Assembly: GCA_040386535.1 (NCBI GenBank)
Contig: JAZKFH010000002.1
Location: 219,678-283,677 of the forward strand
DNA from: Myxococcota bacterium
GTDB lineage: Bacteria > Myxococcota_A > UBA796 > SXON01
Direction: 5' to 3'
DNA: 64,000 bases
A program made the position numbers and the translations under genes. A model generated the notes under the pieces. It was not told the origin of the DNA. It searched no databases and saw nothing but the letters and a program-made list of their open reading frames with translations. How positions within the stretch are numbered: position 1 is the stretch's first letter; each line of letters begins with the position of its first letter. Below are positions 38,192-46,790 of this stretch, piece after piece.

Positions 38192-41100
38192 TCGGTCACC
38201 TCGCCGGCATCTTGGGCGTCGGACGTGTCGTTCACGGGGGCGGGCGGGATCAGGCCGGCGGCGACGAGGTACGCGCGGATGACCTCCTCGGGCGGTCCGG
38301 TATCGGGCGCGGTCAGGCCGACGAGCGCGGGGCGGATGCGCGCGGGGGCGGCACCCGCGGGGAGCGTGGCGGTGAGCTGGTAGCGGCCCGGCTGGAGCGT
38401 CGGCATCATCGCGACGCCCGACGCGACGAGGCGGGCGCTTTCGCCGGCGGTGTACAGGGCCACCTGCACGTCGGCACCGTCCGTACGCACGCCGATCCCG
38501 ATCGGCCCAGCGCGGTCGACGGTGAACGTGAACCCGCGGCTCATCCCGGCGCCGAGGAGCACCTCGGGCCCAAGGCCCTCGCGCAACGGCGCGGCGGGGA
38601 CGAAGTCGACCTGGGCCGTGCCCTGCTGCGCGCCGTCGAGCGTGCGGAGCGCGAGGTCGACCGTCTTGTCGTCCGCGCCGATTGGCACGTCGAGCGCGCC
38701 GTCGAGGCTGAAGAACCCGCGGGCGGGGCCGGACCCCTCGCGGACGTAGGCGATCACGGGCTGGTCGGCGCGCACGGTCAGGAGCCCGGCGCCGGTGGTG
38801 GCGATCCGGAGCTCGCGGCGTCCCACCGGGACGGAGGTCGGGATCGGGGTGGTCGCGCCCTTGAAGGTGGGGAGCGGGCTGCCCCACATCGCGGCGGCGT
38901 CGCCCTCGGGGCCCGCCACGCGGTCGGTCCACACCGTCCACAGACCGGACGCCTGGACCACCTCGATCCAGCCCGGCGCCGGCCCGAGCGGCACGTCCAG
39001 CCCCCGGACGACGCCGTTCGTCACGCCCACCACGTCGCGCACGTCGCCGCGCACGTGGAGGCTGGCGCCGACGTCTCCGGCGAGGTTGATGCGGACGCGG
39101 CCGGCGGTCTGCGGCCGCACGTCGGTCGTCGTGATCGCAGACCACACGGCGGCCGCGCCGCTCGGGTTGAGGACCGTGAGGGTGTCGCCGCGCGGCACGG
39201 TGGTCAGGTCCCGCGCGCCATCGGACGCCCAGAACACGTCCTGAGGCTGATCGGCCTTCGAGATCACGGCCACGAGGCCCTCCCCGAGGATGAACCGCAC
39301 GCCCGCGCTGGCCGGGAGCGTGCCGCGCCAGGCGGCCCCAGGCGCGAGCGTACCGCCTGCGGTGGTCCCGGCGAACGTACCGGGCGTCGGGACGGGGAAG
39401 GCCACGCGGGCCAGCGCCACGTCGACGGGCGTGCCGCCGAGGGGGGCGTCCACGTAGACGCTGACCGAGGGGTCGCCGAAGAGCACCGTCGCGGCCACCC
39501 CGCGCGCCACGTCGATCTGCCCGCCGAAGCGCGGCTGGGCGACCTCGGTGCGCGCGGTCACGAACACGGGGCCGGCGTTCTTGGCGAGGTCAATGTTCAC
39601 CGATCGGCCGAACAGCAGCGTGCCGGCGCGGAACGAGGCGCGCACGGGCGCGCTGCCGAGCGTGTGTCGAACGCCGCGTACGGCGACGGCGCGCCCGCCG
39701 GTGCCCTCCCCCACGAGCCACAGGTCGCCGCCCTCCCCCGCGAGCACGGGGCCGGGCACCGGCTCACACACCTCGCCCACGATCGGGCACCAGGACAGCC
39801 CGACCCGGGTCGCGAGCTCGAGGAGGCCGGCGCGGTCGCGGGCCACGATCACCGCCGCGATGCCGGTCGCCTTGTCCGTCGGCACCGAGGCGCCGTTGGC
39901 GAGGGCGCCCTCTGTGATGCGCTTCGGCGTGACAACGTCGGCGCGCAGCGTGGTCGGCACCTTGCGGCCGTCCAACGACTCGACGCGCAGGCGGTAGCGA
40001 CGGCCTGCCGCCTCTCCCGGGATGGCTCCGAGGCGCACGACCACGCGCGCGGCCCCGCCCACGCCGGTCCCGACGGTGCGCCACGTGGAGGAGCCCTCGT
40101 CCTGCGCCTCGATCGCGAGCCCGACGTTCTCCTCGGAGCGCGCCGACACCACGAGCAGGCCCTCGCCGGGCGCCTGGAGCGGCACGCGCGACACGCCGGC
40201 GCCGAGCGTCACGGTGCGGGACTGCCCCACATTGAGCGCGGGCGCGTCGGCCTCGGCGGCGAGCGCGAGCGTCACGGTGGTGCGTCCGGCGTCGACGCCG
40301 ACCGGATCGACCCGGAGCGTGTAGGCCCCGGGTGCGAGGCGCTCGGCGAGGCGGAAGTTCCAGTCGTCGGGGCGGTCGTCCGCCGTCGCGACGAGGGTGC
40401 CATCGGCGTCGTAGAGGCGCGCGCGCACGTCGACGACACCCATCGACGTGATCTCCACGAGCCCGTCCGCGCCGATGGAGACCGGGAGCGTGGCGGGCGC
40501 GGTCACCTCGCGGGAGAGCCCGGCCACGAGCTCGCGGGGGCTGACACGCACCGTGTAGGTCACGCCGCTGTTGCGACGCGCGTTGACCAGATCGAGGCGG
40601 TAGGCGCCCGCGGCGAGGCGGCCGGTCCAGGGGCGTCCCTGGACGAGCCGGGCCGCCGTGTCGGTGCCGCGCAGCAGGTCGCCCGTCATCTCCGCGTCGG
40701 CCGTGATCGTCACGTCGGCCGGAGCGCGCAACGTGAACGTCCACTGGTCGGGCACGCGGTCCTCGCGGCCGCTCGGCTCCCACCACACGTGCGTCGCCGC
40801 GAGATCCAGCGCGAGGGCGTGCGGACCGTGGCCGAGGCGGACGAGCGGCGGCGGGACGCGCGTGAACGTCGTGATGCGGGTCGTCTCGACCGCCTCGGGG
40901 AGCACGAGGATGCGGCCCTTTCCGGCAGGGAGGTCGAGGCGAAGGTCTCCCTCGACGTCGGGCGCGAGGAGCGGCCATCCGTCGGCGTCCTCCACCCGCA
41001 CGCGGAACAGGCGGCCCTGCCCGGCGGCGCCCTGCCCGAAGGAGCGGAGCACGTACTCGGCGGCTTCGGGCACGTCGTAGTCGTAGGCGATCCCCTCCCC

Positions 41101-43422
41101 CGCCGGCACGGTGGCGCGGGCGGGTACGCCGTCCCGGAGGGCGCCCCCGTCGCGGAGCGCGGTTGGTGCGAGCCGCAGCCCGAGGTGCCCCGCGGACGCG
41201 CCTTGCGTCGCGACGGTCACCTGGTAGTCGCCCTCGCGGAGGTAGCGCTGGAGCAGGAAGTTGCGGCCCGTGCCGTTCACCGCCGCGGACGCGAGCACCG
41301 GCGTGGTGCGGGTGCGGAGGGCCCCGGCCGTCGCGAGCAGGCCGGTGCTCTCAGTGCGGTAGAGCCCGGCCTTGTCGACGCGCAGCCCAAAGGTTGCCGT
41401 GTCGTCGGCGGCGAGGTCGAGCGCGCGCGGGGCGGCGGCGGTGAGGAGCGGGAGGTCGGGGGGCGTCGGGTCGATGGTGTCGGGGAGCGGCGGGAGCGGC
41501 GCGTCGGGGCGGCGATCGTTCGGCACGAGGACGACGGCGCCTTGCCGGACCGTGGCGCCGCTGTTCCGCACCACCACCGTGTGCCCGCCGTTGCCGACGG
41601 CGGCGTGGGGTGACCACGCCGCGCCGTCGACCGCGACCTCGAGGCCCGCGCCCGCGGAGATCACGCCCGCGGGGCCCGGCGCCGTGGGCACCGTCACGCT
41701 CTGGCCCGGCGCGAGCGTGAGCGGGAGCGGCGATGTGAGGTCGGCGGGCAGCGCGCGGAGCACCATCCCGACCTTGGTGTCCGGCACCTCGTTCAGCGTC
41801 AGCGTGTAGCTCTTCTTGGGATCGAGCGTGACGACGGGGATCTGCACGTTCGCGCGGGGCGCGGTCGGCTCGGCCTTGACTGCTGCGTCGCGACGGACCA
41901 CGACCTCCGCGATGCCGGGGGTCTTGGGCGCCAACGTGAGCGTCCAACGGCCGGGGGTGAGCGTGGTGACGCCGGGCCCGTCGCGGAGCGGGGGGGCCTG
42001 GTACCCGGCTACGACCGAGGTGAGCAGCGGCTCCCAGCGCCAGCCCACCCCGCCGACGGAGACCGCGGTGTGGTAGTCGCCGGCCGTGGCCACCTCGAAC
42101 GAGAGGCTCGTGGTGCCGAGCAGGTTGAACTGCCGACGGTAGGGCACGTCGGGCCCGAGCGGCAGGAGCGAGGTGGCGATCGGGGCCGGAAACGGGGCCT
42201 TGGGGTCCGTCCGGTTCTCGACGAGGACGCCGGTGACGTCGGGCAGATCGCCGGGGTCCCCGCCGTGGAGCGTCGTGAGGAAGTACGTGCCGCTCCCCTT
42301 GACCGGGATCGAGCGGCCGACCTGCGGGAAGTGTTGGAGCACGAACGGCTGGCCCGCGGCGCCCGACACGGTCACCACCCGCCCCTCGGACGTCGACCCC
42401 ACGCCCACCTCGGCGAGCGGCGGCATCGTCTCCTTCTGGATGCTCGTGCCGGTGCCGTCGCGCCGGAACGGATCCGCGGCGTCGAACGTCCGGACGGCGA
42501 TGCGCACGTCGCCCGCCGTCCGCCCCTCGCTCGGGAGCTCCAGCCGGTAGCTGGTGGCCTGCCCCGGGACCAACCACCGCTCCGCCCCGAACGGCCCGAT
42601 CACACCCGCGAGCCGGCTCGCCACGGGCAGCGACGTGAGGCCACGGCGCACGTGGAGCGGCTGGTCGCCGTCGGGTACGGACCACGGCACCGACGGGCCG
42701 CCGTACGCCACGAGCTGCCAGAGGCCCGCGCCGAGCTTCGTCGCGAGGGTGCAGCGGCGCAGCGGGCGCGGGGTGTCGGGCGTGATGTCCTCGCAGGTGG
42801 GCGCGGCGGGGTCGAGCCACTGCCCGTCGCGCCACAGGCGCACGTCCGCGAGGCTGCGGCCCGCGAGCTCGACCGCAAAGGCCTCGTCGGCCTCGATGTT
42901 CACCCACCAGGAGCGCTGCTCGAGATCGGCGAGCGTGGTGGTCACCGTCGCGATGTCGGGGAGCAACGGCGGCCGCGGGTTCACCTCGACGAACGGTCGC
43001 GCTTCCACACGCGCGTCCCCCGTGCCCGCCTTGTCCGAGAGCACCTTCAGGCGGTACTCCCCTCGCTCCAGGAAGGCGTCGACGCGCCCGTTCTTGCCAC
43101 CAGGGGTGCCGGCCACCTCGCCGGGCCCGGCCATGCGGTCGACGAGCTGCACGGCGGAGCCCTGGGGGCTCGTCGCGGAGAGCGCGTAGCGGCCGAAACG
43201 CGCGACCTGCACGCCCACGTCCTGGGCGCCGTTCGCGGGGACCGTGGGCGTGGAGAGCGTGATGGGGCCTGCGTCGGCGGCGGGCGCGACGGCGGAGCCG
43301 GGGGCGGAGGCGGGCGACTTGGAGGCGGGCGCGACGGCGGCCGCGGGCGCGGCGAACAGCAGCGTCGTGGCGCACAGAATCGTCGCGGCGCGCGGGTATG
43401 CGGTGGAGCTCGGACCGGGCAT
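38188..43422 (-). CDS. Large secreted multi-beta-sandwich protein (1744 aa), first gene of the A2M-pbpC operon
   Basis: AGGAGG RBS, signal peptide, repeated PPC-like modules (e.g. 'DVRARLYDADG.LVATADD...LAPGAYTLRV'). Stop overlaps the A2M ATG. Confidence 0.85.
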   Translation of the reverse strand: MPGPSSTAYPRAATILCATTLLFAAPAAAVAPASKSPASAPGSAVAPAADAGPITLSTPTVPANGAQDVGVQVARFGRYALSATSPQGSAVQLVDRMAGPGEVAGTPGGKNGRVDAFLERGEYRLKVLSDKAGTGDARVEARPFVEVNPRPPLLPDIATVTTTLADLEQRSWWVNIEADEAFAVELAGRSLADVRLWRDGQWLDPAAPTCEDITPDTPRPLRRCTLATKLGAGLWQLVAYGGPSVPWSVPDGDQPLHVRRGLTSLPVASRLAGVIGPFGAERWLVPGQATSYRLELPSEGRTAGDVRIAVRTFDAADPFRRDGTGTSIQKETMPPLAEVGVGSTSEGRVVTVSGAAGQPFVLQHFPQVGRSIPVKGSGTYFLTTLHGGDPGDLPDVTGVLVENRTDPKAPFPAPIATSLLPLGPDVPYRRQFNLLGTTSLSFEVATAGDYHTAVSVGGVGWRWEPLLTSVVAGYQAPPLRDGPGVTTLTPGRWTLTLAPKTPGIAEVVVRRDAAVKAEPTAPRANVQIPVVTLDPKKSYTLTLNEVPDTKVGMVLRALPADLTSPLPLTLAPGQSVTVPTAPGPAGVISAGAGLEVAVDGAAWSPHAAVGNGGHTVVVRNSGATVRQGAVVLVPNDRRPDAPLPPLPDTIDPTPPDLPLLTAAAPRALDLAADDTATFGLRVDKAGLYRTESTGLLATAGALRTRTTPVLASAAVNGTGRNFLLQRYLREGDYQVTVATQGASAGHLGLRLAPTALRDGGALRDGVPARATVPAGEGIAYDYDVPEAAEYVLRSFGQGAAGQGRLFRVRVEDADGWPLLAPDVEGDLRLDLPAGKGRILVLPEAVETTRITTFTRVPPPLVRLGHGPHALALDLAATHVWWEPSGREDRVPDQWTFTLRAPADVTITADAEMTGDLLRGTDTAARLVQGRPWTGRLAAGAYRLDLVNARRNSGVTYTVRVSPRELVAGLSREVTAPATLPVSIGADGLVEITSMGVVDVRARLYDADGTLVATADDRPDDWNFRLAERLAPGAYTLRVDPVGVDAGRTTVTLALAAEADAPALNVGQSRTVTLGAGVSRVPLQAPGEGLLVVSARSEENVGLAIEAQDEGSSTWRTVGTGVGGAARVVVRLGAIPGEAAGRRYRLRVESLDGRKVPTTLRADVVTPKRITEGALANGASVPTDKATGIAAVIVARDRAGLLELATRVGLSWCPIVGEVCEPVPGPVLAGEGGDLWLVGEGTGGRAVAVRGVRHTLGSAPVRASFRAGTLLFGRSVNIDLAKNAGPVFVTARTEVAQPRFGGQIDVARGVAATVLFGDPSVSVYVDAPLGGTPVDVALARVAFPVPTPGTFAGTTAGGTLAPGAAWRGTLPASAGVRFILGEGLVAVISKADQPQDVFWASDGARDLTTVPRGDTLTVLNPSGAAAVWSAITTTDVRPQTAGRVRINLAGDVGASLHVRGDVRDVVGVTNGVVRGLDVPLGPAPGWIEVVQASGLWTVWTDRVAGPEGDAAAMWGSPLPTFKGATTPIPTSVPVGRRELRIATTGAGLLTVRADQPVIAYVREGSGPARGFFSLDGALDVPIGADDKTVDLALRTLDGAQQGTAQVDFVPAAPLREGLGPEVLLGAGMSRGFTFTVDRAGPIGIGVRTDGADVQVALYTAGESARLVASGVAMMPTLQPGRYQLTATLPAGAAPARIRPALVGLTAPDTGPPEEVIRAYLVAAGLIPPAPVNDTSDAQDAGEVTE

Positions 43423-43445
43423 CGGGCCTCCTGCGGCCGCAGGGT

Positions 43446-43462
43446 AGCAAGAGGCGTGCCGG
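43446..43462 (-). promoter_or_regulatory. Sigma-54 (-24/-12) promoter of the giant protein-A2M-pbpC operon
   Basis: Minus strand CCGGCACGCCTCTTGCT (GG-N10-GC), immediately upstream of AGGAGG (43427-43432) and ATG 43422. Confidence 0.75.
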
Positions 43463-43702
43463 TTGTGGGGCGGGGTGCCGCGGGCGGGATCTACGAGGTG
43501 TAGATGGGGGGGCGCGTTTTGGTGGCGCGTGGCCTATCAGCCCGGCGCCGCGGGGCGTGGCCAGCCTCGTGGGGGGGATGTCGAGCGGTTGCGAGCCGAC
43601 GAGCGCGTTAGTCTCGCAACGTTGGATCGCGTCGCCCTCCCGCCAATCCGTCTCCCCGATCAGGCCCGCGAGGCTGGGCGCGGTCGGGTAGGGCGCGCGC
43701 AA

Positions 43703-43877
43703 GTGCCACAAGTAGGGGGACCCACCGCCGGCCCCCCTGCTTGTGGCACCTTCCATCCCCCTCTACCTGCCACAAGCAGGGGGGCCCAGGCTCGGGCCCC
43801 CCAGGATGTGGCACCTCGGAGCCCCGTTGACATGCCACAACTGGGGGGGCCTGCGTCGGGCCCCCCAGGATGTGGCA
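43703..43877. repeat. Three tandem imperfect palindromes of about 46 bp (REP/BIME-like), period 64-65 bp
   Basis: TGCCACAA-x-GGGGG...CCCCC-x-TGTGGCAC units, with TGCCACAA starting at 43704, 43768 and 43833. Confidence 0.85.
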
Positions 43878-43915
43878 CCTCGCGGCCGGCCCCCCGGTCG
43901 AGTCATCGTCAGTAG

Positions 43916-44293
43916 AAAGCCCTTGCTGCCCTCCCGCGGGTCGATCGCCCCCGGCTGCTCGGCCTGTTGGGCGTCGAAGCGCTCGCGCCGCGGTTCGCCC
44001 CCGAGCACCTCGTCGCGTCGGCCTACGCGGCGGTGGCGCTGCCGTCGCTCCGATCGCGCACGGCGGAGGCCATGGCCGCGCGGACCGCCGCGGTGCACAC
44101 GGCGGCGGCCCACGTCGTGACACGTCCGATCCTCGCCCGGGAGATCGAGGCGCTCCTGGGTCTCTCCGCCCGGACCGGGGCGCGCCTGCGGTCTGGTGCA
44201 CCCGATCCGACCCTCGTGGCCGCCATCGGACTCCAGATGGACCTTCGGGCGCGGAGGAACGTCGTGGCGGTGACGGGGGCGTTTGGGGGGTAG
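43916..44293 (+). pseudogene. 5'-truncated remnant with C-terminal HTH, possibly from a REP-associated tyrosine transposase
   Basis: Open frame begins right after an in-frame TAG (43913-43915) with no good start or RBS. HTH-like 'LAREIEALLGLSARTGARLR'. Adjacent to the palindrome cluster. Confidence 0.4.
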
Positions 44294-44319
44294 GAGCGCG
44301 GAGGGCCCTCCATCCAGCA

Positions 44320-46047
44320 TCACCGACTCGTCACGCTGCACCCGTCGGGAACCTGGGCCGCGTCCGTCACCTCTACTCGATACACCCAGACATTCGCGTC
44401 CATGCCGCCGGCGCCCGCCTCGTCGGCGAACACCAGCTCTACCGTGCTCCCCGCCTCGACGTGGCCCGCCACGCGGCGCTCGAGGAGGGGCGACGCCCCA
44501 CAGTGCCACTCAATCGGGGGCGCCGCACCTGAGGTGATCCGCACGGCGAGGTTCGACTCGGGCGCGCTCGCCGTCATCCAAAGTGTCAGAGCTCCGCTGG
44601 CTTCGCTGAGCATCCTGGCCGAGCCGGCCTGGTAGAAGGCCAGCGTGTCCCCTTCGTGCTCCAGCAAGACCCGCTCGAGGGATGCCTCGCGTACGGGGAG
44701 CGGCACACCGGACTCGAGCGCAACCGCAACCCCGAGCGCGCCTCGCTGCTGGCTGACCCATACGACCGGAAACACGGCGCGGAGCTTCCCGAGCAGCTCC
44801 GGCTGGGCTCCCTCGACGATCCACCACGCCGCTCGCGCACGACGCGCAAACGCATGCTGCTGCCACTGGTACACGTCGAGCATCGCCGCCGGATCGTCCA
44901 GGGGGACTCCCAGCACCGGCGCCGGTTGATACAGTCGCACCAGCTCGGGTCGGTTGCTCGCCAGGGGGCCAGCCGGCCGCGCGTTCGAAGCGGCGGCGAC
45001 AACAGCGCGCACGTCGAAACGCACAGGATCCCGCGCGGCGCCGCGAACGAGCCCGAGGGTCGGCGCGGCGAGCACAACCGGAACGAGGAGCCACCAGGCG
45101 CGGGAAGGCAGGTTTTGCGCACCCAGTCCGAACGCCAGCGCCACGAGTCCCGCCAGCGGGAGCGCGTGTTTCCCCATGAGCCCACCGATGAAGGGCGCCG
45201 CCGCGGCGAGCGCCACGAATCCGAGCGCGACTCCGACCAGCAGCTTCTGCGCGGGCCCCTTCCGCGCGGCGAGCATGGCGAGCAGCAGCAGCATCGGCGC
45301 GCCGCTCCAGAGAGCCCAGGAGGCGTCGATGTGCCCGCTCCCCAGGTACGCCAGGGATCGCGAAAGGAAATCCACCCACGTCAACGCCTCCCCCCCGAAC
45401 CCCTGGTAGCGCTCCCCTTGGGAGAAGCCGAGTGTGAGCCAGGGCAGGAATGTCAGCGCGCCAATCCCGATTGCCATGAGCTGACCCCAATCCCGCGTCC
45501 AGACGAGCAGGACAGCAATGGGAAGGAGATAGACAGGCGCGAGTCCGTGGGTGTACATCAGCGCCGAAGTGAGCAGCGCAGTCACGACGGTGGCACCGCC
45601 CACCAAGACGTTGCCCCCCAACGCCACGATCAGCAATCCAATCAGCGCGTACGCGCGTGCCTCCTGGGACCAATGCACATGGGCCGGCAACACCGCCAGC
45701 CAGAGTCCTCCGAGCCACGCGGAACGGGGGGTGCCCAGGCGTAGACCAAGCCCGGCCACGAGAAGCACTGTGAGGGTGCCGGCGATCGCGGAGATCAGCC
45801 GGAGTCGGTGCGGGTCGGCCGGATCGAAGAGCGCAGCGAGCACGTAGTACAACGGCGGGTAGACGTCCGCTGCCGCCACCTGGATGGCCCGGGCGACGCC
45901 CTGTTTTGCAGCGGCGACAACATGCAGCTCGTCCGACCAGATCGAGCCATCGAAGACGCCGCGCACGCGCAGGACAAGCGCCAGAGCGGTCGGGACGAGA
46001 ATCGCCGAAGCGCGGCTCCAGGCGACTCGTGCGCTCGGGTCGGTCAC
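44320..46047 (-). CDS. GT-C (GT39/PMT/ArnT-like) integral membrane glycosyltransferase
   Basis: 'LRV...SIWSDE', 'DVYPPLYY', 'LRLISAIAG', 'HVHWSQEARAYAL', 'LMYTH', many TM helices. GTGA-coupled start. Confidence 0.85.
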   Translation of the reverse strand: MTDPSARVAWSRASAILVPTALALVLRVRGVFDGSIWSDELHVVAAAKQGVARAIQVAAADVYPPLYYVLAALFDPADPHRLRLISAIAGTLTVLLVAGLGLRLGTPRSAWLGGLWLAVLPAHVHWSQEARAYALIGLLIVALGGNVLVGGATVVTALLTSALMYTHGLAPVYLLPIAVLLVWTRDWGQLMAIGIGALTFLPWLTLGFSQGERYQGFGGEALTWVDFLSRSLAYLGSGHIDASWALWSGAPMLLLLAMLAARKGPAQKLLVGVALGFVALAAAAPFIGGLMGKHALPLAGLVALAFGLGAQNLPSRAWWLLVPVVLAAPTLGLVRGAARDPVRFDVRAVVAAASNARPAGPLASNRPELVRLYQPAPVLGVPLDDPAAMLDVYQWQQHAFARRARAAWWIVEGAQPELLGKLRAVFPVVWVSQQRGALGVAVALESGVPLPVREASLERVLLEHEGDTLAFYQAGSARMLSEASGALTLWMTASAPESNLAVRITSGAAPPIEWHCGASPLLERRVAGHVEAGSTVELVFADEAGAGGMDANVWVYRVEVTDAAQVPDGCSVTSR

Positions 46048-46790
46048 GGGAGCAACCACAGGCGGCCGGCGGCGTCCAGGACGGCGTTCGGGCTCCCGGC
46101 GACGACCCTGGCGGCTCCCGGGACGAACCAGGACGTGGTGTCCGTCGACGTCGCACCCATCTGCACCACTGAATCCCCCCTGCGAAGAAGCCACCCTCCG
46201 CCCGAGCGCACCGCGTCGTGCGTGTCATGGGTCTCGTGAACGCTACGGAAGCGCCCATCCGCGAGCGCCACATCCCCCAAGCGGGAGGCCGCCCACACAC
46301 CCACGTTCGTGCAGTCTGTGCCGCGAGCGAGCCCCGCAATATCCGCATCGACCGGCCAGGAAGTAAGCGCTCCCGTGCTCGTTCGGTGCACGATCCTCGC
46401 TGGGTCTCCCAGCAGGATGAACACTCCGTCGCACGCGACCTGGATGTCACGAATTGACGTCCCGAAGCGAAAGTCCTCGTGCTTGGAGGTGATCAAGTCG
46501 ACGCAGCCGAGAACCGAGCCGCTAGCCCAACATAGGCGCTCAGCGGGGTCCCATGCGATCGCCGAGGTGTCAGCCGGCACCCCCTCGAAGACGACGCGAA
46601 CGTTGGCGGCCCCGTCGAAGCTGACGACCTCGTCCCCTCGCACCACGAAGATCTCACCCCCGAAGCTGTCGACCGGGCCCGGTCGAAGCCCATCGAGCAC
46701 GACCAGGGGCCCGGCGGCGACTCGCGTCGCGACAATCCCGCCAATCGCCGGGACCAACAAGAGCGCCCACACGATTGGTTGCCGGCGCAT
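46044..46790 (-). CDS. Secreted hypothetical protein, beta-propeller-like
   Basis: Signal/TM N-terminus, repeated 'AIAWD..LCW' / 'VLDAAGRLW' blade-like units, TGATG coupling. Confidence 0.65.
   Translation of the reverse strand: MRRQPIVWALLLVPAIGGIVATRVAAGPLVVLDGLRPGPVDSFGGEIFVVRGDEVVSFDGAANVRVVFEGVPADTSAIAWDPAERLCWASGSVLGCVDLITSKHEDFRFGTSIRDIQVACDGVFILLGDPARIVHRTSTGALTSWPVDADIAGLARGTDCTNVGVWAASRLGDVALADGRFRSVHETHDTHDAVRSGGGWLLRRGDSVVQMGATSTDTTSWFVPGAARVVAGSPNAVLDAAGRLWLLP

Noticed and set aside
38192..39145. Long N-terminal extensions in the ORF track (A2M to 39145; also tadE to 7953/8894, 52371-55376, VWA to 57679, DUF5682 to 59010, MoxR to 59954)
   Set aside because: These Arg-rich extensions overlap upstream genes in another frame. 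The true starts are marked by stop/start overlaps, so they are not fusions.
43489..43505. ATCTAC-GAGGT-GTAGAT hairpin resembling the stem of a Cas12a repeat
   Set aside because: Single copy, lacks the AATTT 5' part, and has no array or cas gene. Probably chance or a protein-binding palindrome.
43703..43877. CRISPR array interpretation of the 64-65 bp periodic repeats
   Set aside because: Only three units, internally variable repeats of about 46 bp, linkers of only about 19 bp, and no cas genes in the window.
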